DNA from: an uncultured Bacillales bacterium
Lineage (GTDB): Bacteria; Bacillota_I; Bacilli_A; RFN20; CAG-288
Length of the DNA stretch: 64,000 nt
Assembly (NCBI GenBank): GCA_937896065.1
Contig: CALBLI010000060.1
Coordinates: forward strand, 1,990-65,989
Direction: 5' to 3'
In this document: one piece after another, positions 38,723-49,027 of the stretch
Position numbering within the stretch: the stretch's first letter is position 1
Layout of the letters: the number at the start of each line of letters is the position of its first letter
Notes under the pieces: model-generated
What the model saw: the letters and a program-made list of their open reading frames with translations, nothing else
What the model was told of the DNA's origin: nothing
Databases searched by the model: none
Program-made: the position numbers and the translations under genes

Positions 38723-39934
38723 TTAATCATTTAAGCTGTTTTTGATTTCTTCAACCATTTTGTCTACTATTTGTTCATCATCTTCTTTTAAGGAAGATTT
38801 GATGGTCAAAGAAGTCTCAGTAAAATTGAAGGGAAGCTTACTATTATCTAATTTAGCTTTGATTAATGATTTAGCATTCGGAGCCCATGAACCATTCTCT
38901 ATTAAAGAAATAGTTCTATTTTTAAGCCCCATCCTAAGCATATCATCTAAATAAATCTCAATTGAAGGGAAGATAGTCATATTGTATGTTGGTGAAATAA
39001 TAACAATATTTGAATATTTAAATGATTCACTGACTAAAAAAGTAGCATCAACCATTGAAGCATCCAATACTTTAATGTCCTTTATATTTTGCATTGATAA
39101 TTTGTTAGCTAAGATATTTGCACAACATGCATTATCTCCATACATACTCGCATAAATTATCAAAACTGATTTAACTTCACTAGTATAAGTAGCCCATAAT
39201 GTATATTTATTTAAAATATATTCAATATTCTTTCTCCAAATAAATCCATGCAAAGGCAATATCATTTTTATTTTTAAATCAGTTACTTTTTTAAATAATG
39301 AAACAACCTGCATTCCGTATTTACCAACAATATTTGTGTAATATCTTCTTGCTTCATCTAAATAATCGCGATCAAAATCAACATTATCAGCATATAAATT
39401 ACCATCTAGTGTATTAAACATACCAAATGCATCAGCTGAGAAAAGCAAGCCTTCTTTTTCTTCAAAAGCAATCATGACTTCAGGCCAGTGAACCATAGGA
39501 GCAAAAATAAATTTTAATTTATGAGCTCCTAAATCTAGTTCGTCATTTTCTTTGACAACTATTTTCTTATCAGTTAAATCTAAATTAGGGAAGAAATTAG
39601 AAATGAAAGTAAAAGTTTTTTCATTTCCGACAACTTTTGTTTCAGGATGCCTTAATAAGACCTGTTCAATGTTATAACAATGGTCTGGTTCCATATGTAA
39701 TACAACTAAATAATCAAGTTTTTCACCCTTTAATAATGCATCTATATTTTCAATAAATTGTCTTGTTACTGCTTGATCAACTGTATCCATCAAACAATTC
39801 TTTTTATCTTTAATAAGATATGAATTATAAGATACACCTCTTGATAAAGGAATGATACCTTCAAACTTATCAATCTTATGATCATCTGCTCCAACATAAT
39901 AGACATTTTTAACAATTTCACGATAATTATGCAT
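38723..39934 (-). CDS. FprA-family flavodiiron protein (metallo-beta-lactamase-like plus flavodoxin domains)
   Basis: 403 aa; di-iron site motif HMEPDH; C-terminal flavodoxin-like domain. Confidence 0.8.
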   Translation of the reverse strand: MHNYREIVKNVYYVGADDHKIDKFEGIIPLSRGVSYNSYLIKDKKNCLMDTVDQAVTRQFIENIDALLKGEKLDYLVVLHMEPDHCYNIEQVLLRHPETKVVGNEKTFTFISNFFPNLDLTDKKIVVKENDELDLGAHKLKFIFAPMVHWPEVMIAFEEKEGLLFSADAFGMFNTLDGNLYADNVDFDRDYLDEARRYYTNIVGKYGMQVVSLFKKVTDLKIKMILPLHGFIWRKNIEYILNKYTLWATYTSEVKSVLIIYASMYGDNACCANILANKLSMQNIKDIKVLDASMVDATFLVSESFKYSNIVIISPTYNMTIFPSIEIYLDDMLRMGLKNRTISLIENGSWAPNAKSLIKAKLDNSKLPFNFTETSLTIKSSLKEDDEQIVDKMVEEIKNSLND

Positions 39935-39972
39935 AACTAAACCCTCACAATCTATATATAATTATACAAATT

Positions 39973-41571
39973 TTACAAATTTATATTCAAGAAAGATGCA
40001 ATTTTTATATCAATATTTTTAAAATCACTCATTTTGCAATCAACATCTAAATCAATATCCTTGTCACCTATTTTACAAACAAAGCCAACATCAGCACTTA
40101 TTGCACTTTTAAGACCTGAATATGAGTCTTCAAAAACCATGATTGAAGAACTAGGAATGCTCAAATATTTGATAGCTTTCAAATATATTTCTGGATCTGG
40201 CTTTCCACACTTAATAGTTCCATCATCATAAATGCAATCTTCATATTTAAAAAATCTTTCTAAATTAAAAACTTTATAATACCAATCAACATTAGGTTTC
40301 ATACTTGATGTGCAAATTGCCATCTTGATATTGTTATCTTTTAATAAATTTAAAAAGCTTATAAGACCATCAGTTAATTTTAAATATCCTTTTTTTTCTT
40401 CACACATTTTCTGATAAATGAGTTCTTTTTTAGTTGCTAAATCTTCTATCTGTTTTTTATTAAATTTTGTATTTGCTAAATATTCCATGATAGAGTGATT
40501 ACTGAATCCATGAATATGTTCTTTGAATTCTTCTTCACTTATATCTCTATCAAATTCATCTTTTGCAAATTTATACCATGATTTTTCTTGCATCAAATCA
40601 TCAAAAAACATGGTTCCATTAAAATCAAAAATAACACCTTTTTGATCTATCATTTTTTCTTCCTCCTTGAGTAATTTTGGAAAATGTTTGTCATAGCTTC
40701 TTTTTAATTCCTCATAAGATACATGCGTATAAATAGATGTTGTTTTAATACTTTCATGTCCAAGCATCTCTTGAATAACTCTGATATCAACATCATTATT
40801 AATCATGTTAGTTGCAAATGAATGCCTTAACATATGAGGATGAATATGGATATTAAAACCAGACTTACTTGAAGCAGTACTGACTATATATTCTAATCCT
40901 CTTTCAGTCAATTTTTTACCATGATTATTTAAAAACAAATATTCAATATCACTTGAATCATTATCAGTTAAAACAATTCTTAGTCCATTGATATATTTAT
41001 TTAAATACACAAGACATGTTTTTGAAAAAAAGACATGTCTTTCTTTGTTTCCTTTGCCGATAATCTTAATTATCCGTTCATTAAAATCAATATCTTTTAT
41101 TTTTAAATTGATGATTTCACTAGCTCTAAGTCCTGAAGCAAATGCAAGTTCTAAAATAGCTTGATCACGATCTTTTAATTTGTCTGTTCTTTTCAAATTT
41201 AAATCCAAGAATGACTGCATATCATCAAAAGTCAAAAAATCAGGAAGTTTATTAGCAAATTTTGGTGATTTAACAATTTCAAAGGGATTATAAACATATC
41301 CGTAATACTTGATAAGATAATAATAAAACTGCCTATATGTCGATAGCATTCTCCTAATTGAATTTTTTGATAACTGACGATTATATAAGCTGACTAAAAA
41401 TAAAGAGATATCATCATAATTCACATCTTCTAATTTGATACTTTCACCTTCAATATATGTTAAAAATTCATCTAAATCTCTTTTATATGATTTTATAGTG
41501 AGATTAGAATAACCTTTAACTATCGTAAGATAAGTGATAAATTTTTCTTCAATTTCTAAATATTTATTCAT
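39973..41571 (-). CDS. xerC: Tyrosine recombinase XerC/CodV-like (~305 aa) reading in-frame into a HAD-family phosphatase domain (~225 aa) with no stop codon
   Basis: Xer catalytic residues (R..H..R..Y in ..LRHSFATNM..LGHESIKTTSIYTHV); the frame continues KHFPKLLKEEEK-MIDQKGVIFDFNGT...GKPDPEIY; AAGGAGG sits 8 nt upstream of the internal ATG. Confidence 0.75.
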   Translation of the reverse strand: MNKYLEIEEKFITYLTIVKGYSNLTIKSYKRDLDEFLTYIEGESIKLEDVNYDDISLFLVSLYNRQLSKNSIRRMLSTYRQFYYYLIKYYGYVYNPFEIVKSPKFANKLPDFLTFDDMQSFLDLNLKRTDKLKDRDQAILELAFASGLRASEIINLKIKDIDFNERIIKIIGKGNKERHVFFSKTCLVYLNKYINGLRIVLTDNDSSDIEYLFLNNHGKKLTERGLEYIVSTASSKSGFNIHIHPHMLRHSFATNMINNDVDIRVIQEMLGHESIKTTSIYTHVSYEELKRSYDKHFPKLLKEEEKMIDQKGVIFDFNGTMFFDDLMQEKSWYKFAKDEFDRDISEEEFKEHIHGFSNHSIMEYLANTKFNKKQIEDLATKKELIYQKMCEEKKGYLKLTDGLISFLNLLKDNNIKMAICTSSMKPNVDWYYKVFNLERFFKYEDCIYDDGTIKCGKPDPEIYLKAIKYLSIPSSSIMVFEDSYSGLKSAISADVGFVCKIGDKDIDLDVDCKMSDFKNIDIKIASFLNINL

Positions 41572-41617
41572 AAAAAAAGTCTACAACTATAAATTATAAG
41601 TTATAGACTCTCATTTT

Positions 41618-43750
41618 TTATTTTTTATTTGTTAGTTTGCTTTCTTCTTTATGAATGTATTTGCACTTTGGATAATTTGAACAAGCTAGAAATTTGCTAC
41701 CATATCTAGATTTCTTCTCAATCAGATGACCTTGACCACATTTTGGACAAATTGGTGCATCTTCTGGAATAGCTACTTCCTTCTTTTCAATTTTGAGCTG
41801 TTTTCCATCTAGTGTTTCCATATAATTGCAGTTTGGATAATTTGAACAACCATAGAATTCACCTTTCTTTGATTTCCTTTTAACTAGATTTCCACCGCAA
41901 ATTGGACATTTTTTATCAGGTGCAATTTCAACTTCCTTCTTTTCTTTTTCAATATAGTCACAATTTGGATAGTTTGAGCAACCAATAAATGTTCCGAATT
42001 TGCTTTTTCTTTCAACAAGTGGTGCACCACATTTTGGACAATTTCTTCCAATTTCAGCAGGTTTAACCTTTTCCATTGTTTTTAAAGCATTGTCGTATAA
42101 ATCGGTAAACTGTTTCCAGAAAGAATTCAGTAAATCAATTTCTTTTTCATGACCTAAAGCAATCTCATCAAGTGATGTTTCCATGCTTGATGTATATTTA
42201 GCATCCATATATTGTGGGAAAAACTCGACTAACTTGTCAACTGTAAGTTCACCTTGCTCAGTTGGAAGAAGTGAACCTTTTTGATTTTCAAGATATGCAT
42301 GTGAAAGTAATGTCGAAATAGTTGGAGCATAAGTAGATGGTCTACCGATACCATTTTCTTGCATGAGTTTGACGACTTTACCTTCATTATATCTTAAAGG
42401 CGGTTTAGTGAAATGTTGAACTTTTTCAACGTTGCTTTTCTTCAAAATATCATTTTCTTTAAAAGAAGGTAGAAGCTTAACTTCTTCCTTTTCTTCATAC
42501 TTTCCATAGACTTTATAGAAGCCATCGAAAACAGTTTTTGTTTCAGATGTTTGGAAATTATAATCGTTTCCAGTTAGAACCATGGTTGTAATTTCATCTT
42601 TTCTAGATTCCATAAGTGAGGCATAGGCACGATCATATATAAGTGAATAAAGTTGGAATTCTTCTTTAGAAAGATAATCTTTAATTTTAGCTGGAGTTAA
42701 GTTAACATCAGTTGGTCTAATTGCTTCATGTGCATCTTGAACATTTTTATTAGAACTTTGAGTGCGTACTTTGCCAATGTAGTTTTCACCATAGACTTTT
42801 CTAATATTATCTTGACAAGCAGTTATAAATTCATCAGCAAGTCTAATTGAGTCAGTTCTCATATACGTGATTAAACCTGTTGATTCTCCACCAATATCTA
42901 AACCTTCATATAATTTTTGAGCAATAGAAGCTGTCTTAGTTGGTGAAAATTTGAATTGAGAATAAGCTTCTTGTTGTAAAGTAGAAGTTATAAATGGAGG
43001 TTTGGGCTCTCTAGTTTTTGTTTCAGTTTTAAGTGAAGTAACTTTAAATTCATCAGGCAAGCTAGAAATGATTTTATCAGCTTCAGTTTCATTTGCAATC
43101 TTCACTGCTTGATCTTTATAAGAGACTAAATTAGCATCAACTGAAATATCTTTCAAAGAGAATTTTCCTGAGATAGTCCAGTATTCACTTGGAACAAATG
43201 CTTTGATTTCCTTTTCACGGTCAACAATATATTTCAAAACAACTGACTGAACTCTACCAGCTGACTTTGATTTGATTTTGATCTGAAGAAGATAAGATAG
43301 TCTATATCCCATAAGTCTATCGATAATTCTTCTAGTTTCTTGAGATTCAACTAAATTCATATCAATGTGACGCGGATTTTGTAAAGCTTTGACAATTGCT
43401 TTTTTAGTTATTTCATGGAATTCTAATCTTTTAGTTGTATTAATATCGAGTTTCAAAACTTGAGCTAGATGCCAAGATATTGCTTCACCTTCACGATCAG
43501 GGTCGGTTGCTAAATACACTTCATCAGCAGCTTTGACTTCCTTTTGAAGAAATTTCACAATATCTTTTTTATCATCAGAAACAACATAGGTAGGTTTGAA
43601 ATTGTCATCTATATCGACACCTAGTCTCATTTTTCCAGTACTTGCTAAATCACGGATATGACCTTTTGATGCGATAACTTTATAATCGCTTCCTAAAAAT
43701 TTTGTAATGGTTGTAGACTTGTGCGGAGATTCAACAATAATTAGTTTCAT
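41618..43750 (-). CDS. topA: DNA topoisomerase I
   Basis: 710 aa; TOPRIM N-terminus MKLIIVESPHKS; active-site region; three C-terminal C4 zinc ribbons. Confidence 0.93.
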   Translation of the reverse strand: MKLIIVESPHKSTTITKFLGSDYKVIASKGHIRDLASTGKMRLGVDIDDNFKPTYVVSDDKKDIVKFLQKEVKAADEVYLATDPDREGEAISWHLAQVLKLDINTTKRLEFHEITKKAIVKALQNPRHIDMNLVESQETRRIIDRLMGYRLSYLLQIKIKSKSAGRVQSVVLKYIVDREKEIKAFVPSEYWTISGKFSLKDISVDANLVSYKDQAVKIANETEADKIISSLPDEFKVTSLKTETKTREPKPPFITSTLQQEAYSQFKFSPTKTASIAQKLYEGLDIGGESTGLITYMRTDSIRLADEFITACQDNIRKVYGENYIGKVRTQSSNKNVQDAHEAIRPTDVNLTPAKIKDYLSKEEFQLYSLIYDRAYASLMESRKDEITTMVLTGNDYNFQTSETKTVFDGFYKVYGKYEEKEEVKLLPSFKENDILKKSNVEKVQHFTKPPLRYNEGKVVKLMQENGIGRPSTYAPTISTLLSHAYLENQKGSLLPTEQGELTVDKLVEFFPQYMDAKYTSSMETSLDEIALGHEKEIDLLNSFWKQFTDLYDNALKTMEKVKPAEIGRNCPKCGAPLVERKSKFGTFIGCSNYPNCDYIEKEKKEVEIAPDKKCPICGGNLVKRKSKKGEFYGCSNYPNCNYMETLDGKQLKIEKKEVAIPEDAPICPKCGQGHLIEKKSRYGSKFLACSNYPKCKYIHKEESKLTNKK

Positions 43751-43855
43751 TTTAAGTAGCTCCTTAGCTTTGTAAGCGTAATATTATTATTTGTCTTATA
43801 ATTTTTGTCAAGCACAAATTTATATTAATATGTAATATTAAAAAATATTTAAATT

Positions 43856-44638
43856 TTAAAAATCATAGCTAAGGGACTCAATCACATCATTGCTTGATAA
43901 GATAGACTTAGCCCCTTCTTGAATCAAACTATTAGTCAAATCATCACCATCGCAAGAAACATTGCATGGCACTGATAGTATATCTTTACCATAATCTAAT
44001 GCATATCTAACAGTTGATGAAGTTCCACTTTTTATTTTGGCACCAGTTATAAGAAGTGATTTGCATGCACTTGCAAGGAGTCTATTTCTAAAAAGAAAAT
44101 CTTCCTTTTTAGCAACATAATTGAGTGGATGCTCTGATAATACTAACCCATTACCAGATTTACAATATTCATATATTCCATTATTATCTTCAGGATAAGG
44201 ATTATCAATTCCTGATGCAATTATTGAAATAACACCTGCATTCCTTTTCATAGCTTCAAGCATAGCTACTTGATCGATTCCTCTTGCCATACCAGAAACT
44301 ATTGTGATTTTATTATTACATTTATCTAATACTTCACCAACTATTTTTTTAGTCATGTCAATTTGATATTTATTAGGTTCTCTTGTGCCAATAACTGATA
44401 ATCTTTTATTACCATCAAGTAATGAAATATTTCCATAATAATATAAAAGAATAGGTGGTTTATGAATATGTTTGAATACCTTAGGAAACATTTCATCAAG
44501 AAGGGTTATATAATTAGCTTTATTTGCTAAGGCATAGCTTTCACTAACTATTTCTTTTCTTTCAATCATCTTAATCATTTTTTCATAGTCACCATCACAA
44601 TACATTGATAATGCTAAAAGTTTTTCTCTAATATCCAT
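43856..44638 (-). CDS. dprA: DNA-processing protein DprA (Smf)
   Basis: Rossmann-like core ..IVSGMARGIDQVAMLEA...ISIIASGIDNPYPEDN; conserved position upstream of topA. Confidence 0.8.
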   Translation of the reverse strand: MDIREKLLALSMYCDGDYEKMIKMIERKEIVSESYALANKANYITLLDEMFPKVFKHIHKPPILLYYYGNISLLDGNKRLSVIGTREPNKYQIDMTKKIVGEVLDKCNNKITIVSGMARGIDQVAMLEAMKRNAGVISIIASGIDNPYPEDNNGIYEYCKSGNGLVLSEHPLNYVAKKEDFLFRNRLLASACKSLLITGAKIKSGTSSTVRYALDYGKDILSVPCNVSCDGDDLTNSLIQEGAKSILSSNDVIESLSYDF

Positions 44639-44743
44639 ATATTTTCTCCTATCAATATTTATATGGCTTGAGAAAACAATTTTTCCAATTTAATATTGTT
44701 TTAGCTCTCTATTTACTTATAATAAAGTATTAGCAAACAACTT

Positions 44744-45565
44744 ATGAAAAATAAATGGCAACTACTTGAGCAAAACTCATATGAATATCTAATAAGCAAA
44801 ATCAATGATTGCTTCGGTTTTACTTTTAATATATACAAAGAAGGTAACTTAAACAGTAATACTTCTGATATTAAAATTTCAAAGGATAATAACCTAATAA
44901 CCTATATTGAAGTTAAAAGCCATACTTCACAAGCAGCACAATTTGTTTTGACATTTAATGATGGTAAATATGACTTTTCATTAAAAAATAAGTGCAATAG
45001 AAAATATTGTCAACCAATCATTGATTATTTAAATGAACATATTAATGAATATAGCGATATATCTAGTAAAGGCCTTTTGATTCCAATTAATCCTACTACA
45101 TCCTATAAAAGGATTATTGATTATTATAAAAACGAAAAGAATGTTGATTTTATAATTACTGACGTCGATTCTAAAATGATACTTTTTGAAGTAGAAAATA
45201 TTAAGAATTATTTTCATGTTTTTTGTAACATTAGAAGGAAAAAGAGTGGAAGTAGAAAAATAAGCAAGAAATATATTGATGATTTAATAGCATATATTAA
45301 AAATAAGTATGATATTGACAAGTATGAAATAATAAGTAATCATTTATACGTCAATTCTTCTAAAATTATAAAAAATGTTTATTTTAGTTTTAGCAAGTTT
45401 AACTGCTTTTTATCATTAAAAGATTCAAATGTTAATAATTATAAATATGAAGCAAGAATGCTTTCAAATACAAATAACATCAATGTGATTTTCACATTAA
45501 TATCAAAATGTAATACAAATGATGACTTTAATAAATTAATTAATTTATTAAAGTCTTATGTTTGA
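44744..45565 (+). CDS. Candidate Type II restriction endonuclease (uncharacterised family; PD-ExK-like D..EVK)
   Basis: 273 aa; convergent with and overlapping by 10 nt the 3' end of the m5C methyltransferase gene; motif D-x12-E-V-K (..SDIKISKDNNLITYIEVKSH..). Confidence 0.5.
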   Translation: MKNKWQLLEQNSYEYLISKINDCFGFTFNIYKEGNLNSNTSDIKISKDNNLITYIEVKSHTSQAAQFVLTFNDGKYDFSLKNKCNRKYCQPIIDYLNEHINEYSDISSKGLLIPINPTTSYKRIIDYYKNEKNVDFIITDVDSKMILFEVENIKNYFHVFCNIRRKKSGSRKISKKYIDDLIAYIKNKYDIDKYEIISNHLYVNSSKIIKNVYFSFSKFNCFLSLKDSNVNNYKYEARMLSNTNNINVIFTLISKCNTNDDFNKLINLLKSYV

Positions 45566-46515
45566 TTTACATATTTTAGTACTTCTTTAAAGATAGATTT
45601 TAAAACAGGAACTGCAACTGAATTTCCAAATTGTTTATATGCTTGGTTTGTATTTTGGCAAGGTTTAAATTCATCGGGAAATCCTTGCATTTTTCGACAT
45701 TCATTGATGCTCAATTTTCTAACTTTATTATCGATTAAATATGCACCCGTTTTAGAAGCAGTTCCTCCACCTTGAGCAGATAAAGTGATTCCAAAACCAT
45801 ATGTACTATATACCCTATCTCCTTGACCACCTTTATTAATTGTTCCTATTCTTACAATTTTATCTTGTAATACTGGTTTATCTTCTTTGTTAAAAACTAT
45901 TTTTTTATCGATATATAATTTATTTTCAATATATTTTTTATCATCAAGAATATCAATAACATGAACTTTTTTATTTGCTTTTTTAGGAAACTCAAATTTA
46001 TTAACATTTAAATCCTTTCTAAAACATACAAAATAGACTCTTTTTCTATTTTGAGCAACTCCATAGTCACATGCATTTAAAACATCATAAAAAACATCAT
46101 ATCCTTCTTCTTTTAACATATCGGTCATCAATTTGATTGTATTATTATCATTATGTTTTGCTAAATTGGCCACATTTTCTAAAAAAATTATTTTTGGTTT
46201 CTTTTCTTTGACTATTCTGATTATTTCAAAAAATAAAGTCCCTCTTGAATCATTAAAACCTAATTGCTTACCTGATATTGAAAAAGGTTGGCAAGGAAAA
46301 CCAGCACATAAAACATCATGATCCATGATATCTTTTCCATCAATATTTCTTATGTCACCATATGGTATATCATTAAAATTATTTTTATATGTTTCCACGC
46401 AGTATTTATCTATTTCAGATGAAAAAACACATTTCAAAGAAAATGAATTCAAAGCATATCTAAATCCACCAATCCCTGCAAATAAATCAATAAAAGTATT
46501 AAGTTTTCTTTCCAT
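45556..46515 (-). CDS. DNA (cytosine-5)-methyltransferase
   Basis: Motif I DLFAGIGG, motif IV GFPCQPFS, motif VI FLENV, motif VIII QNRKR, motif X GNSVAVPV. Confidence 0.9.
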   Translation of the reverse strand: MERKLNTFIDLFAGIGGFRYALNSFSLKCVFSSEIDKYCVETYKNNFNDIPYGDIRNIDGKDIMDHDVLCAGFPCQPFSISGKQLGFNDSRGTLFFEIIRIVKEKKPKIIFLENVANLAKHNDNNTIKLMTDMLKEEGYDVFYDVLNACDYGVAQNRKRVYFVCFRKDLNVNKFEFPKKANKKVHVIDILDDKKYIENKLYIDKKIVFNKEDKPVLQDKIVRIGTINKGGQGDRVYSTYGFGITLSAQGGGTASKTGAYLIDNKVRKLSINECRKMQGFPDEFKPCQNTNQAYKQFGNSVAVPVLKSIFKEVLKYVNQT

Positions 46516-46544
46516 GGTTAAATTATAATTTTTTTTGCACTATT

Positions 46545-47198
46545 TTAAAAGTCAAACAATTTGATTTCTTCTTCTTTATTTACAAGTGACTTTATCGGTT
46601 CAAAACTCAGTCTATGAACGCCTTTTATATATCCATATTTTTTGATAGCTTCAATATGTTTTTTAGTTCCATACCCTTTATTTTTATCAAACTCATAAGC
46701 AGGATATTTTAAAGATAATTCATTCATATAATCATCTCTTGTAACTTTTGCAAGTATTGATGCACACGCAACTGAAAATGATGTAGCATCACCTTTAGCA
46801 ATCGATAAAAGCTTGATGTCTGATTTAATATTTAAATAGTCTGATATTAAAAATTCAGGTTTAACATTATTTTCAATTGCTAAATTTAATCCAATTTGCA
46901 TTCCTTTTAAATCAGCTTCCAGAATGTTGATCTCATCAATTGTCTTAACATCGACTAATTCAACATGATAAAAAAGTGAATTATCTTTGATCAAATTGAA
47001 AACTTCTCTTCTTTTTTTATCAGTTAATTTTTTTGAATCATTGATGATTTCATTGTTAAATTCTGGTTTTAATATAACAATTGCAGCTGAGACAGGTCCT
47101 GCTAGTGGTCCTCTCCCTGCCTCATCAAAGCCAGCTATATAAGTTATTTTATTTTCTTTTCTAACTCTATTATCAAAATCATATAATTTACTCATCAA
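46545..47198 (-). CDS. rnhB: Ribonuclease HII
   Basis: YIAGFDEAGRGPLAGPV active-site motif; 217 aa. Confidence 0.9.
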   Translation of the reverse strand: MMSKLYDFDNRVRKENKITYIAGFDEAGRGPLAGPVSAAIVILKPEFNNEIINDSKKLTDKKRREVFNLIKDNSLFYHVELVDVKTIDEINILEADLKGMQIGLNLAIENNVKPEFLISDYLNIKSDIKLLSIAKGDATSFSVACASILAKVTRDDYMNELSLKYPAYEFDKNKGYGTKKHIEAIKKYGYIKGVHRLSFEPIKSLVNKEEEIKLFDF

Positions 47199-48039
47199 AG
47201 GAAATCCTACCTATGTAACCATTTCTGAAATCTTTTAAAAGCAGATCACGTGCTCTTTCAATATCAATCACATTATTTAGCAAATAAAAATTACGATTTT
47301 TAGAAATCCGCATGAGAATTTCCTCATTGTTTTTATTTAAATCATCAATGAGTGAATATTTTTCAATTAGCAATGTTGGAAATTTGTTTTTTAAAAAATC
47401 AAGAACAAAATCACTTAAATTGACTTTGTTAAAATTTTCAATTTTTAAAGAACCAATTGAAGCTAATATATATGCCAAATTTTTATCTTCATAATTAGGA
47501 GATAGGATTCCTGGAGTATCGTAGATTTCAACATATTTACTCACTTGTATTAATGTCTCGGCTCTTGTCTTACCAGGCTTATTTTCAACCTGTGCTTTAT
47601 ATTTTTTACATAAAGAGTTGATGAGAGTTGATTTACCAACATTTGGTATTCCTAAAATCATGTATCTCTTTTTAGTTATTGGGAAACCTAGTTTTAAAAA
47701 TTTTTCATCTTTTTTTGACTTTATTGAATTCAAATAATTAGTCAATTTTTGACAATCAGATACATTTCTTACGTCGAGTTTATAAACAGTAAATCCTTTG
47801 TTTTTTAAATAACTAACTTGCCTATCAACATTTGAAATAGAAGCTATATCACTTTTAGTCAACACAGCTATTTTGATTTTATTATTGATCAAAGAATCTA
47901 AATTAATGGGAAATGATGCATTTATAGCTCTAGCATCAATAACTTCAATAATGCCATCACAATCTTTAATTTTATTTGATATTTCCCTGAGGGCCTTTTG
48001 CATATGCCCAGGAAAATAATGTATATCATTTATTGCCAT
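47188..48039 (-). CDS. rbgA: Ribosome biogenesis GTPase A (RbgA/YlqF)
   Basis: Circularly permuted GTPase: TKSD (G4) precedes GIPNVGKST (G1) and DTPG (G3). Confidence 0.85.
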   Translation of the reverse strand: MAINDIHYFPGHMQKALREISNKIKDCDGIIEVIDARAINASFPINLDSLINNKIKIAVLTKSDIASISNVDRQVSYLKNKGFTVYKLDVRNVSDCQKLTNYLNSIKSKKDEKFLKLGFPITKKRYMILGIPNVGKSTLINSLCKKYKAQVENKPGKTRAETLIQVSKYVEIYDTPGILSPNYEDKNLAYILASIGSLKIENFNKVNLSDFVLDFLKNKFPTLLIEKYSLIDDLNKNNEEILMRISKNRNFYLLNNVIDIERARDLLLKDFRNGYIGRISFDE

Positions 48040-48044
48040 TTTAA

Positions 48045-48554
48045 TTAATCTTCTAAAAAATTTAAATCTATGTCTTTTATATTATCTTCAATTAAATAAG
48101 GCATTTCAGTATGAATAGATGCATCTTTTGAAATCGTAGATAATGGTAAGATGCGATATGTCATTTCACCTTGTGAAAGAATAGTTCCATCAAGAAGATA
48201 AATAAAAGCATCTGCTTTCAAAAAATTAGAATTAGAATAAGTAACTACTCCTCTTGCAATCAAATCTTCATCATATGGAACAGGTTTTCTATATTTAACT
48301 TTTAAATCCATTGTAACGCCAAAACCTTCTTTACCATATGACCACAATGCACGAAAACCAAGCTCATCAAGCATAGCAGTTATTATTCCACCATGGACTC
48401 TGCCAGGAAAAGATTGATTATATTTATTGAATTTAAATAATGAGACCGTGCTTTTATCTTCCATCGAATAAAATTGAGCTTTTAATCCCATCTCATTATC
48501 AAGCCCACAGATAAAGCACATTCTGGAATTTCTTTGTTTTTCAACTACTTTCAT
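48045..48554 (-). CDS. Hotdog-fold (PaaI/4HBT-like) acyl-CoA thioesterase
   Basis: Conserved HGG motif (..GRVHGGIITAMLDE..); 169 aa. Confidence 0.75.
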   Translation of the reverse strand: MKVVEKQRNSRMCFICGLDNEMGLKAQFYSMEDKSTVSLFKFNKYNQSFPGRVHGGIITAMLDELGFRALWSYGKEGFGVTMDLKVKYRKPVPYDEDLIARGVVTYSNSNFLKADAFIYLLDGTILSQGEMTYRILPLSTISKDASIHTEMPYLIEDNIKDIDLNFLED

Positions 48555-48908
48555 TTAATCCTCCACTATTAAAAAATTAGCATCTTTATATTGTCTAAAT
48601 AAAAAATAATCTATTTTAGAAGGTAAAACATTGACCAAACTTTTATGAATACCATCAATAAACATATTATTTGAGATAAAATCACTATCAATTGAAATCG
48701 TATTGATTGTTAATTCTAAATGACTTTTATTTGATAAAACCGGCAAAATATTTATAGATAAATCAACTTTACAAGTTGAAGAATAAAGTGAGAGTTCTCT
48801 TCTTATTCTATTTTCTATTTGATTAGATGATTCAAGTGTATATTTTTTTATATCTTCACTTTTTATATAAATATTTATCGATAATAGCATGTATTTTTCT
48901 TCATTCAT
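48555..48908 (-). CDS. Hypothetical protein (117 aa)
   Basis: Open frame directly upstream of, and abutting, the thioesterase gene. Confidence 0.45.
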   Translation of the reverse strand: MNEEKYMLLSINIYIKSEDIKKYTLESSNQIENRIRRELSLYSSTCKVDLSINILPVLSNKSHLELTINTISIDSDFISNNMFIDGIHKSLVNVLPSKIDYFLFRQYKDANFLIVED

Positions 48909-49027
48909 ATTTCACCTACTTTGTTATATTTAAATTATTAATTTAAATATTTGCCACGATTTCTATATATAATACTATATTTTAATATAAAAATTAACTA
49001 TAATTAAAGATTGTTGAGGTGTTATAT

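Noticed and set aside
48909-49027. Possible T-box riboswitch upstream of alaS (common in Firmicutes)
   Set aside because: The intergenic region is only ~120 nt with no specifier-loop or T-box (AATTAGGGTGGNACCGCG-like) sequence, which is too short for a T-box leader.
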